Source of the DNA: an uncultured Methanoregulaceae archaeon
Lineage (GTDB): Archaea > Halobacteriota > Methanomicrobia > Methanomicrobiales > Methanospirillaceae
NCBI GenBank assembly: GCA_963701095.1
Contig: OY969564.1
Span: 960,001 to 1,024,000 of the forward strand
Reading direction: 5' to 3'
DNA: 64,000 nt
Shown here piece after piece: positions 51,752 through 61,763 of this stretch. Under the pieces are notes generated by a model that saw nothing but the letters and a program-made list of their open reading frames with translations, was not told where the DNA came from and searched no databases. Position 1 is the first letter of the stretch, and each line of letters starts with the position of its first letter. A program made the position numbers and the translations under genes.

Positions 51752-53064
51752 TTTCTCCTCACGTGCACAACTGCGTAGATTATTCCTATAATCGCCCCGA
51801 CCACAACGGTCATAGCGACCGGATTAGACACGATTCCCTGAATGCCGGCAAGGTTTTTTACATCAATTGCCACTTTCAGGGGGTCTGAGACATAGGTATC
51901 ATCGATAGCGTCATTGTACCGGATTTCCGAATCAAGACCGTATTCCTTAATCGTCGCATCGCTTGCGACACTTAACTGGTATGAAGCCACCGCAGTCTGC
52001 CCGGGGGCGAGAGTACCAAGATAAGCAATATTTGAAGAACCGGTGAACGGGGAAACTACACTGATACGAGCCTCAGCGTTGTTTATGGTGGAATCCCCGG
52101 TATTCTGGTATTCCACCTGGATTGTCTGCTTGCTTCCCGGGCTCATCTCGACCGGGGAAGAAAGTATCGCGAAATCCACCTTTTTGCCGACGTCCACGCC
52201 AATGGTCTGGGTTTGTGAACTGACAAAATCGCCTTCATCGTTCTGGTAGACGACGACAACGTCTATCGGGTAGGTTTTATTAATCGCATCATCTGCCACA
52301 GCGACCTTGTACTGGCAGGAAACAGTGCTGCCTGCCGGGAAGTCGCCTATATAGACGCTGGTGTCCACAGGTATGACCGGGCTTGCCTGGTTCTGAACGA
52401 TCTGGACGATCGCTTTGGACCCGTCAAGCGACCCGATATTCTTGATGGTCAGGTTTACGTAACCCTCTGCACCCGCAACCAGCGAGTCTGATGTCGCTGA
52501 GACCACCCGGGGGTTCACCTCGGATTTGATGGACAGCGGAACCATGAGAGTAACATTATACGGCTGGTAATAATACCGGAGAGTGTCGAGGCCATACTGG
52601 TCGACACGGGAATACTGGGTATAACTGATGTTAAGCGGGATCTGATAGGTCCCGCCCTGAGCGTCCTCGTTGACCTTCGCACAGAATGTCACCGTTTCCT
52701 GAGCCTCGCTTGCGATATCACCGATCATCCGGGGATCACTTTTTATTACGATGGGGGCGTCTCCGGCCTCCATTTCGACCGTCACAAACTTTGCTGTCGT
52801 GGGGACATCCGCCCGGTCGACGATGTCGGGTGCTATTTCATAGTTCGTACTTATCCCGGTGTTTTGGATCACGACCGGGATCTGAATTTCGCTGCCGGCC
52901 GTATACTGGTCATTACCGGCTATGTACGCCGTAAGGTTCGGACTGCCTTCCAGGTATTTAGTACCGGCAAGTACCGGCGTTGCAAAACATACCATAAAAA
53001 CGAGGAAGATTAAGACGTACCTTCCCGTTTTTGCTTTACGTACCATTGAGATCATTGTTTTCAC
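51748..53064 (-). CDS. COG1361 S-layer-domain protein
   Basis: Signal peptide, GSP.L.A, YIGD, YLG.L.PG, K.YGLD.E.RY, C-terminal TM helix. Confidence 0.85.
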   Translation of the reverse strand: MKTMISMVRKAKTGRYVLIFLVFMVCFATPVLAGTKYLEGSPNLTAYIAGNDQYTAGSEIQIPVVIQNTGISTNYEIAPDIVDRADVPTTAKFVTVEMEAGDAPIVIKSDPRMIGDIASEAQETVTFCAKVNEDAQGGTYQIPLNISYTQYSRVDQYGLDTLRYYYQPYNVTLMVPLSIKSEVNPRVVSATSDSLVAGAEGYVNLTIKNIGSLDGSKAIVQIVQNQASPVIPVDTSVYIGDFPAGSTVSCQYKVAVADDAINKTYPIDVVVVYQNDEGDFVSSQTQTIGVDVGKKVDFAILSSPVEMSPGSKQTIQVEYQNTGDSTINNAEARISVVSPFTGSSNIAYLGTLAPGQTAVASYQLSVASDATIKEYGLDSEIRYNDAIDDTYVSDPLKVAIDVKNLAGIQGIVSNPVAMTVVVGAIIGIIYAVVHVRRK

Positions 53065-53067
53065 TCC

Positions 53068-54362
53068 TCATTTTTTCTTTCTCATCACAAGCGTGTAGTA
53101 TCCAGTACCTATCACAATGAGGACAAGAAGGGTGAGGACTACAGGAATCTGCCGGAGCCCAATGGTCGCTGATGGTTCAGCGACTGTGACCGGTGCCGTG
53201 AAGGTATCAGAGATCTGACTGTTGTCGAGTTCATCGCGATACCTGACTTCGGTATTGAGGGGATAGGTTCCCGGAGTCGCCCCGCTCGCGGCTGAGATGG
53301 CATAATGGGCTGTCACTTTTCCACCGGGAGGAATATTTCCGAGATATGCAAGGGTATCTGAACTTGAGAGCGGGTTATAGGTGGAAAGCCGGGCTTCAGC
53401 ACGGTTTGCGGTAATCGAGCCCATATTCTGGTATTCCACATCAATCACGCTGTCAGATCCCTGCGTAACCACCGCCGGGGGAGAGACAACGGCAAAGGAG
53501 AGCTGGCAGCCACCGGCACACCGACCGTATCGATTGCCGAAGTTACGGTATTACCATCCGAGTTCGTATAGGTTACTTCAACGTCAACCGGATAGGTCTG
53601 CTGCTCTGCAGCGCTTGACACGGATACCTTATACTGGCAGGAGACAACGCCACCCCTGGGGAAATCCCCGATGTAGACACTGTCGTCAGTCGGGATTATG
53701 GCACTGTCACCGTGCTGCAGTATTTTGACTGAAGCCTGGGTTCCGTCCTCGTACCCGATATTTTTGATAGTAAGGTTGATGTACCCTTCCGTCCCGACTG
53801 CAAGCCCCGACGCCTCAGCCGCGATCACATCGGTCCGGACGACCGGTTGTATCGTGACCGTGAGCGGGATTGTCAGGTTCACGGGAGAGTATACAGCCCC
53901 GACCTCGTCACTGGTCGGCTGGTTAAGCAAACTGTTGGAGAGATACGTATACTGGACCGTAAGGGGAAGGGTGTATTCACCGAGCGTCGCATCTGACGTG
54001 ATCTTTGCTGTGAAACTCGCAGTTGCCACCCCGGGGCTTGGCAGATCACCAAGGTTCTGTGCATCTGTCGTGATGTTGATGGGCGTTCCTTCCCCGGAAA
54101 GCCCAACGGTGACGAGCTTTGCGGTAGTCGGGAGATCGGCTTGGGGCAGGGTTCCCTCGTTGGTGTAGAGTACCTGGCTTGTCCCGCTGTTCTGGATGTC
54201 GACGATAATTGTGGCATCCTGTCCCGGGGAGAACTGGTTCGTCCCGGCGATATACGCCGTTATCTGGGGCGAGCCCCCGAGATATTTTTCTGCCCCCAGT
54301 ACCGGCATGGTGCAGCATACTGCCGCGAGGACCAGGAGCGCAATTGTGGTGTAGGATTTCAT
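53068..54362 (-). CDS. COG1361 S-layer-domain protein, frameshift near 53503
   Basis: Paralogue of the flanking genes; ORFs 53445-54362 and 53068-53472 join with one added base. Confidence 0.83.
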
Positions 54363-54389
54363 GGAATGTGCCTCTGTAATGCGTTTTTT

Positions 54390-56714
54390 TCAACTAGTCT
54401 GGACTTCCTGTTTTTGAAGAATCTCGGATTCGATCTTTTGATGGTGATTTCTCGTCTCAAGCCATTCGGTGAACTGGCCCATGAGGGAGAGTACAGCGGG
54501 CATGATGAAGATGGCGCCAAAGAGGGAGAACCCAATGGCGATCAGGGTACTGATGCCGAAGTTACTGATGATGGGGAACGTGGAGAGACAGAGTGCCGAA
54601 AATCCAAAGAAGGTGGCAAGGCCGGAGACGGTGATTGCAGACCCGATCCTGCTCACGCTTTCCTTGATCGCAGCAATATGGTCGTGGAGTTGTTCCTCCT
54701 CCTCTGAGTAACGTTCCATCACAAGGATCGTATATTCGGCAGCAACCCCGATGGTCATGGAGCCGAGCGTTGCCGTCATCGGGGAGTAAGCTATCCCCAG
54801 CATGTACATTACCACTGAGTTCCAGCCAACGATCAGAATGATGGGGATGAGCGGCGAGATCGCGTGGATATGCCGGTACACACAGATCAGGAAGACAAAG
54901 ATCAGGCCAAACCCGAGATAGGTCATCTCATCCTTGGACGAGTCCAGACCAGCAACGAGTGAAGTAAATATATCGAATTCTCCCGTCGGGTTGACCGAAA
55001 TACCCGGCGGCGGCTGGAGGAAGGCGATATCGTCGACAATCTGCTTTTTAAGATCTTCCTGCTGGGGCATCTGGAGGTCAGCCATGCCAAAGTGTATAAC
55101 GCCTCTTGTTGATCCGCTGATGTACTGGTCTTTGATACCTTCCGGCATTCTGGCAAGCGCTGCATCCACCTGGCTCTGGGTCTGGGGCAGCACACCGCCA
55201 TTGTAGGCCACAATATACGTGACAATACTTGTAGCCGATTTGAGATCGGCGTGATGAGTAAGTTCGTAATCCTGGAATGTTTTGATCCATTGTACTGTAT
55301 CGAGATCGGTGACTCTCGCACCCTCGACATAGATGTCAGCGGTGGTAAGTCCCCCTAAGACCCTTGTCACTTTATCAATCTGGATCTTGGCTGGCATATT
55401 TGGCGGGACAAAATTGTTCTCATTAGCCTCGATAGGAATAAGCGGGTCTACCTGGTATCCGATTACGGCGATGAGCGCTACGATCAGGAGAATGGGGACC
55501 GGATTTTTCGCGATCTTCACTGAGGCATTGGTGAGAAACTGGGCATATGACCAGGATTTCTTTTTCTTTTGCGCCGGGAGTGAGTCGCATGCATCCGTAC
55601 CGACTGCATAGCAGACCTGGGGTACAGCCGGTTTAGGCTTATAGTGAATGACGTGGGCGAGCGCAGGTATACCCACAAGGGAGACGCAATAGCAGCTCAT
55701 GATCCCTATCATGGCCACAAGGCCGAAGGACTGGACCATGGGGATCGTTGAGACAAACATCGCTGCAAAGCCCAGGGATGTTGCAAGCATGGCGTACATA
55801 ACGGCCGGCCCGGTCTTTGTGATGGTTGTAAACACGGCATCGTCAAGCGAACCTTTCCGGGCCTCCTCGTCGAGCCGGGAATGGAACTGGATCGCATAAT
55901 CGATCCCAAGACCGATCATGACCGGAAATGCTCCCATTACCGCGAGAGTCAGCGGGATACCGGCCAACCCCATCAGACCCATAGCAGTCGTAAGACCAAG
56001 GGCTACAAACAGGACGGGAATAAACCGGTGGCTGACATACGAGAACAGCAGGCCCATGACGATAATCATCAGGATAAGGGCTCCACCAATCAGCATACCG
56101 GTATTCATACTCATCTCGTTCTGCATCTGCTGTCTGAATGCAGGAGTCCCGGACATCTCGACACTTACACCGGCCGGTGGGTTGGACTGGGCAACAGCCA
56201 GGTTCACCGTGTCCAGAGCCTTGATTTCTGAAGCCGTCGAAAGGCCGTTATCGAGGTTTATCTGCACCAGGGTCAGGACATTTGACGGTATCACAATGGT
56301 CTTGACTGATGGCGGGATCTCGTTTGCGAGCGCATCGATCTCACCTTTGGTCTGGGGAAGGACCCCGTTGTTCTCGCTTTTTAAGACATCAGCAACGCTC
56401 TCTGTACCGGAAATATACTGCTGTTGCCGGATGTCGCCCTCGAGCCTGTCGAGATATTTGAGCACGCTCGGGTTCAGTGGATCACTGGTGTCGACTATCA
56501 GGACAATGGAATCCGTATTCAGTGTCTGGGAATACTGGTAATCGATGGCGCCTTCCGGTGAATTCTTGTCTATATAGGTAAAATCGCCGGTATCCATGGT
56601 GATCATAGTCGCACCAAAAATGGCAATAACTAAAACTGCTGCAATAACGCAGATCACCATTTTTGGATGCCGGTTAACGAACCGTGCGATTGAACTGAAG
56701 ATCTGATCAATCAT
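54390..56714 (-). CDS. RND/MMPL (HAE3-type) transporter
   Basis: Two repeats of TM1-loop-5TM; GLGIDYAIQ and IGVAAEYTI motifs. Confidence 0.92.
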   Translation of the reverse strand: MIDQIFSSIARFVNRHPKMVICVIAAVLVIAIFGATMITMDTGDFTYIDKNSPEGAIDYQYSQTLNTDSIVLIVDTSDPLNPSVLKYLDRLEGDIRQQQYISGTESVADVLKSENNGVLPQTKGEIDALANEIPPSVKTIVIPSNVLTLVQINLDNGLSTASEIKALDTVNLAVAQSNPPAGVSVEMSGTPAFRQQMQNEMSMNTGMLIGGALILMIIVMGLLFSYVSHRFIPVLFVALGLTTAMGLMGLAGIPLTLAVMGAFPVMIGLGIDYAIQFHSRLDEEARKGSLDDAVFTTITKTGPAVMYAMLATSLGFAAMFVSTIPMVQSFGLVAMIGIMSCYCVSLVGIPALAHVIHYKPKPAVPQVCYAVGTDACDSLPAQKKKKSWSYAQFLTNASVKIAKNPVPILLIVALIAVIGYQVDPLIPIEANENNFVPPNMPAKIQIDKVTRVLGGLTTADIYVEGARVTDLDTVQWIKTFQDYELTHHADLKSATSIVTYIVAYNGGVLPQTQSQVDAALARMPEGIKDQYISGSTRGVIHFGMADLQMPQQEDLKKQIVDDIAFLQPPPGISVNPTGEFDIFTSLVAGLDSSKDEMTYLGFGLIFVFLICVYRHIHAISPLIPIILIVGWNSVVMYMLGIAYSPMTATLGSMTIGVAAEYTILVMERYSEEEEQLHDHIAAIKESVSRIGSAITVSGLATFFGFSALCLSTFPIISNFGISTLIAIGFSLFGAIFIMPAVLSLMGQFTEWLETRNHHQKIESEILQKQEVQTS

Positions 56715-56764
56715 GATGTTTTCCTCTCGTCAGGAAGTGTTCCTTGGCAGAAATCCTCGAAATA

Positions 56765-58060
56765 TCACCGGGGTTTGAACCGCTTTACATAGACAACGTA
56801 CCCGGCAATGGCGAGAACGACGAGAAGAATGGCGACAAGACCAGGGATACCGAGCAGGTTCATGACGGATTTTGTCGGTACGACCTCAACGTTAGCCTTG
56901 AGCGGATCCGAAGTGAACTGGTTATCGAGTGAATCCCGGTAGATCACTTCAGCATCCAGGCCATACTGTTTTACAGTCGCGGTCGGGTCAATCGAGACAT
57001 CAAAAGAAGCCGTGCGGATATCGCCAGGGGCCATCGTTCCCAAAAACGCCGTGTCGTCGTTGCTTGTGAAGGGGTCGATAGCGCTGATCCGCGCCGCAGC
57101 GTTATAAGCGGTTGTCCCGCCGGTATTCTGGAACTGGTAGGTGATAACAGCATTTGCGCCGGAAGTAACATTTGCCGCAACTGGAGTGACACTGAAATCG
57201 ACCTTTTTGTTGACTGGTACGCCGACAGTCTCGATAGGTGAATCAACATAATCTCCTTCATAATTCTTGTAATAGACGAGTACATCGAGCGGGTAGGTCT
57301 TTTGCTGGGCATCGCTTGATATCTGGGCCCTGAAGGTGCAGTTTACGGTAGATCCTATCGGGTAATCTCCCACATAGAAACTCCCGTCCGTAGGTACTAT
57401 CGGGCTCTGCCCGTTCTGCTGGATCCGGATTACGGCGTTCTGGCCATTGTCAGACCCGACATTCTTGACCGTTAAGAAAACATATCCCTCGATCCCGGCG
57501 TTCAGGTTCTCAGCTTCCACATTAGAAACTGCAACCTGTACCTCAGGCTTGATTGTGATAGGTATGCTGATGGTCTCGTTTACGGTCTTGTACTGGTAGT
57601 TTAGTGTTTCATCGCCTTCCTGGTTTGCCTGGTACAGGTATGTGTAATTAAGGATCACTGGTAGCTGGTAGGTTCCGGCTGCCGCATACTTGTTGACAGT
57701 AATATGGAAGATGGCAGTAGCTGTAGCACTCGCCGGAAGATCGCCCATTATCTGGGGATCGGCTTTGACAACAAGAGGCGCATCTCCTGCATCCAGAGTT
57801 GCCGTCAGCTGCTTTGCCGTGTTCGAAAGATCGACGGGTGTGATATAACCAGACTCGACAATCATGAACTGGTTGAGCCCGGTGTTTCCGATGACAACCT
57901 GGAGGTTTACATCGTCACCCGGAGAAAATTCATTCGTGCTTGCAATATGTGCATCCAACTGGGGGCTCCCTGCCATGACCTTGGTCCCCGCTGATACCGG
58001 GGCGATGGCGAGGGTGATTACCGCCAATGCAGCAAGGCACACATACAAGTATCCTCTCAT
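56765..58060 (-). CDS. COG1361 S-layer-domain protein
   Basis: Signal peptide from MRGYLYVCL; same domain pattern; C-terminal TM helix and basic tail. An upstream ATG at 58159 is also possible. Confidence 0.85.
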   Translation of the reverse strand: MRGYLYVCLAALAVITLAIAPVSAGTKVMAGSPQLDAHIASTNEFSPGDDVNLQVVIGNTGLNQFMIVESGYITPVDLSNTAKQLTATLDAGDAPLVVKADPQIMGDLPASATATAIFHITVNKYAAAGTYQLPVILNYTYLYQANQEGDETLNYQYKTVNETISIPITIKPEVQVAVSNVEAENLNAGIEGYVFLTVKNVGSDNGQNAVIRIQQNGQSPIVPTDGSFYVGDYPIGSTVNCTFRAQISSDAQQKTYPLDVLVYYKNYEGDYVDSPIETVGVPVNKKVDFSVTPVAANVTSGANAVITYQFQNTGGTTAYNAAARISAIDPFTSNDDTAFLGTMAPGDIRTASFDVSIDPTATVKQYGLDAEVIYRDSLDNQFTSDPLKANVEVVPTKSVMNLLGIPGLVAILLVVLAIAGYVVYVKRFKPR

Positions 58061-58182
58061 CCTCTCTCGTGCCTGGATACTCGTCGCTCCGGGCACGGGT
58101 TTCTGCATTTTTTCTTCTCTTAATTCACTCATAGGGTTCCTCGTTCGTGTTTTCCTCATTGTTTGTAAAACATATACAATAC

Positions 58183-58211
58183 TTAACTTTATTAAACTTA
58201 CGTTCAGTTAA
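58183..58211. promoter_or_regulatory. Candidate operator TTAACT-N17-AGTTAA in the divergent promoter
   Basis: Inverted repeat around a TTTATTAA TATA-like box, conserved with identical spacing at 59154-59182. Confidence 0.5.
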
Positions 58212-58274
58212 AAAACTCTATGTTTAAGCAATAGAACACAAAGAAGATATATTTAAAAAACAGACATTCTAATT

Positions 58275-58877
58275 ATGCCACGCATTAACAGTGAATATAG
58301 GGTGGATGCAAAAAGGAAGATCCTTAATGCAGCCTTAACGGTGGGCGAAGCTAAAGGTCTGGAGACGATCACCCTTGAAGAGATCTCCCAGAAGGTTGGC
58401 GTCACGAAAAGCGCACTCTATGCATACTTTCAGAACCGGGATGCGTTGATGAGGGAACTAGTCATTGAAGTTTTCTCCCGGTACCAATCGGAGATCAGGG
58501 AAACAATTGCCGATGATCCGGATATTTCGACGTTGCTGGAGCGTTTGGGCAAAATGCTTTTCGCCGGCCAAATCCAGTATGCGAGCCTCTTTGCACAGGT
58601 AATAAAGTTAAATATCGCAAGCGATCCGATATTGCGGGAAATACTTTCGGATATCTCTCACCGTTTAGAGTTAATCGGGAAGGAGATTTCCTATATGCAG
58701 GACCAAGGAAAAATCCTCAATAAAGGTGATCCGGATGAAATCTGGGCAACTGTAATAGCGCTTGCAATTGGTCTCAAGGTTTTGTCGAGTTTCCGGGGAT
58801 GGGATCAGGAGAGGGTTCGGCAAATGTGGGAAAATTCTGCTGAACTTATCGTATCTTCTCCAGCAGACGTTACATAA
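58275..58877 (+). CDS. TetR/AcrR-family regulator, copy 1
   Basis: MPR...IL.AA...G...TLEEI...GVTKSALYAYF.NRD.L helix-turn-helix. Confidence 0.92.
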   Translation: MPRINSEYRVDAKRKILNAALTVGEAKGLETITLEEISQKVGVTKSALYAYFQNRDALMRELVIEVFSRYQSEIRETIADDPDISTLLERLGKMLFAGQIQYASLFAQVIKLNIASDPILREILSDISHRLELIGKEISYMQDQGKILNKGDPDEIWATVIALAIGLKVLSSFRGWDQERVRQMWENSAELIVSSPADVT

Positions 58878-59153
58878 TGGATTTGTTAACGTGGCATAGG
58901 ATGATTTGATTGTCTATCTTTCAGAAAATGGTCAGAGCAGGTAATTAACTCCTTTAAAATTGTATTTTGATCACACAACATAACAGAAAGACAAAAAATA
59001 GAAGGTAGAGTTTGGATAACATGCCATTCCAGCTCACTCCGGGCACCATATACTGCCTTTTTTCTGCGATGGATTAATTCACATAAAGTGTTTTCTTTGT
59101 GAGGTTCATTCGGGTGAGCAGTGGAATTTACTGTTCGTTAATAATATGCATAT

Positions 59154-59182
59154 TTAACTTTATTAAATTTATATATAGTTAA
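59154..59182. promoter_or_regulatory. Second candidate operator TTAACT-N17-AGTTAA
   Basis: Same arms and spacing as 58183-58211, upstream of the second TetR. Confidence 0.5.
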
Positions 59183-59247
59183 TAGACATTATGTTTAGTT
59201 AAAAGAACACAAAGAGGATATATTTACAGGACAGATAACTCACAATT

Positions 59248-59850
59248 ATGCCACGCATTAACAGTGAATACCGGGAGGATGCCAAACGGAAGATTCTAAC
59301 TGCAGCTATAATTGTAGGCGAAACCAAAGGACTGGAGACTGTCACCCTCGAAGAGATCTCCCAAAGGGTTGGCGTCACGAAAAGCGCACTCTATGCATAT
59401 TTTGAGAACCGGGATGCGTTGATGAGGGAACTGGTCGTCGAGGTTTTCTCCCGGTTTCAATCGGATGTGAGGGATGCATTTACCGATGATCCGACTTTAC
59501 CGGTGATGCTGGAGCGCTTGGGAAATGTCCTGTTCGCCGGCCAAATCCACTATGCGAGCCTGTTTGCCCAGATAACGAAGTTAAATATCGCCAGTGATCC
59601 GCTTTTGCAAAAAATACTCCAGGATCTCTCTCAAGGCTCAGATATCATTATGGAACAGATTTCCCATATGCAGAAAGAGGGAAGAATTCCCAAAAAAGGT
59701 GATGCGGATGAAATTGGTATGACAATTATTGCGCTGGCAATTGGCATCAGGGTTATATCGAGTTTCCGGGGATTGGACGAGGAAAGGGTGCTGCAGATGT
59801 GGAAAAATGCGGCTCAACTAATTGTATCTCATCCATCGAAAGGAACATAA
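59248..59850 (+). CDS. TetR/AcrR-family regulator, copy 2
   Basis: Same length (200 aa) and collinear with copy 1. Confidence 0.92.
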   Translation: MPRINSEYREDAKRKILTAAIIVGETKGLETVTLEEISQRVGVTKSALYAYFENRDALMRELVVEVFSRFQSDVRDAFTDDPTLPVMLERLGNVLFAGQIHYASLFAQITKLNIASDPLLQKILQDLSQGSDIIMEQISHMQKEGRIPKKGDADEIGMTIIALAIGIRVISSFRGLDEERVLQMWKNAAQLIVSHPSKGT

Positions 59851-60136
59851 TTTTTGTTTCTTCGGACACAGTTGACGACGCGATAACCTCTGTTCGTGGG
59901 AAAGAGATTGATCGAAAAGAAGCGGATATGAGAAATCGCCTTGAGGATCACATTCAATATTATGATAAGAAGATCCAGATCCGGGAGAATGTGGGGCTCA
60001 CCGGTCCTTATCAGAAAATTCAAAAAAAGTGTTTTTTATTTGATTCGATATGCTTCTTTTGGGACCGTCATTTCAAATCGCGTGCCCTCAATGTGAAATC
60101 TGAGGCAAATTCGACTAAAACCGGGAGTTTTGCTTC

Positions 60137-61528
60137 CTATTTCTTGGGGGACGGTTTCTGCTGGATTTGCAAAACTTCCCTGTCCCTTAGGGTAAGGAAT
60201 GCAATTAAAATCGCCATAGGGGGGACCAAGACGACAGATGTCTGACTTGGTGTCAGGGGTTTCATGGATACTGTGGGAGAATTAGCGGGTGCTACGGTCA
60301 CTTGGGGTTCAACAGAAACCAGTGCAAACATCGAAAGTCCCCGGGGAGATTCACCGGTATAAACCATATTGAGAGAGTGATCTAATCCGGAAAATTTTGT
60401 GTCGAGCAGCTGAGAGGTCCCATCATCTGCCAACCGGAAGATCTTAACATCTGGGATCCCCCCGTGGTTCAGAACCCATGACGGCTCAATGCTCATAGTG
60501 ACTACCGATTGTCCAATATATTTCTGATCTTCAAGGTCCGTCTTTTTCACTTGGGCAGTATAGGCTACCGCATCCAACCGGTATCCATTTTCATTAACGG
60601 TGTTTTCAATTATAGTTTTAGTAGGGCTGTCCGGTTGTTCTGCGAGAGAAAAACCTATTACAGCATCATCAGGGGGCATGTTGTTCATTTCAGAATGGAA
60701 GGATGCAGAAACCGTCCCTTCTTTGACAAAACTCGCAGTAACGGGAAAACTTTGCATTGAAATGGACGAAATTTTCGCAGAAATTTGTCCATTATTCATC
60801 GTTGGTGCTGAATTTATTGAAAGGGTCATAGCAATCGGACCCTTCTCTAGTACTATAGCATTATTCTGTTGTGAAATTTTTTCGCCTGACAATTGAGTGG
60901 TTTTTACATCGATTGTGATCTGTTCGCTATTACCCACAGTGCTTACAGTTGATCCTTTTACTCCTACCGGGATACTATAGGATCCCTGGTTCATATCGGA
61001 GTTACCATTTCCGGAATTACCTCCGTGGTTACCATTCCCGGAATTACCTCCGGAGTTACCATTTCCGGAATTACCCCCGGAGTTACCATTTCCGGAATTA
61101 CCCCCGGAGTTACCATTTCCGGAATTACCCCCGGAGTTACCATTTCCGGAATTACCTCCGTGGTTACCGTTTCCGGAATTACCTCCGTGGTTACCGTTTC
61201 CGGAATTACCCCCGGAATTGCCACCTCCATGGCCACCACCACCGGAATTACCGCCTCCGGAATTGCCACCGCCGTGACCACCTCCTCCATGGCCACCGCC
61301 GCCACGCGCCAATAAAGGACTGGTGGACGCAGAGGAATCAGGGAAGGAATGCTGAGACGGTAATAACACGTTACCAAAACTGCTATCTGGTGTTCCGGCT
61401 CTTAGCGAACCAACCGGAAAAAACGATGACGTAAGCGATCCGCCATTTGCTGTCATCTGCAGGGCACTTAGCACAACAACGAGCACCAGAATTTTTCTGA
61501 TGACCGTGTGGACATTGGATCCAGACAT
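60137..61528 (-). CDS. Secreted/surface protein with a Gly-Asn-Ser repeat and a PGF-pre-PGF-like domain
   Basis: Signal peptide; GGNSGNGN(S/H) tract; MSI..SWV..HGG...V.I.R..DDG..Q.L.T...SP.GLS.FALV; C-terminal hydrophobic stretch. Confidence 0.82.
   Translation of the reverse strand: MSGSNVHTVIRKILVLVVVLSALQMTANGGSLTSSFFPVGSLRAGTPDSSFGNVLLPSQHSFPDSSASTSPLLARGGGGHGGGGHGGGNSGGGNSGGGGHGGGNSGGNSGNGNHGGNSGNGNHGGNSGNGNSGGNSGNGNSGGNSGNGNSGGNSGNGNSGGNSGNGNHGGNSGNGNSDMNQGSYSIPVGVKGSTVSTVGNSEQITIDVKTTQLSGEKISQQNNAIVLEKGPIAMTLSINSAPTMNNGQISAKISSISMQSFPVTASFVKEGTVSASFHSEMNNMPPDDAVIGFSLAEQPDSPTKTIIENTVNENGYRLDAVAYTAQVKKTDLEDQKYIGQSVVTMSIEPSWVLNHGGIPDVKIFRLADDGTSQLLDTKFSGLDHSLNMVYTGESPRGLSMFALVSVEPQVTVAPANSPTVSMKPLTPSQTSVVLVPPMAILIAFLTLRDREVLQIQQKPSPKK
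60998..61213. repeat. Eight tandem 27-bp coding repeats
   Basis: Unit GG(A/T)GTTACC(A/G)TTTCCGGAATTACC(C/T)CC-like, encoding GGNSGNGN(S/H) on the minus strand. Confidence 0.95.
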
Positions 61529-61763
61529 TCGAATCCTTTCCAGATACTGGCTCTTGTATATCAAATTTTTGATATTTTTTAGACGTTTTTCATCCCTATT
61601 TTAGAAAATTACGCTATTGGGGGGTAAGTTCTGTTATAGATTTCTCAATTAATAAGTTTTTCGTATAATTTCGATTATATAGTTAATCAATGCGAAACCG
61701 GCCCTCTGGAGGAATAAAAAATCGCCGTTTATTTTCGGATTGAGCATTAATCTCTTCGTTATT

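Noticed and set aside
694..54362. Split genes as true pseudogenes or programmed frameshifts
   Set aside because: They include thrS, purB and pyrD. Each is fixed by one base, the indels go in both directions, no common slippery heptamer is visible, and there is no other decay. Sequencing error is more likely.
59799..60245. 148-aa ORF after the second TetR
   Set aside because: It overlaps both neighbours and has no recognisable motif; at most a gene remnant.
60998..61213. 27-bp repeats as a CRISPR array
   Set aside because: There are no unique spacers, the period is a multiple of three within an ORF, and no cas genes are present.
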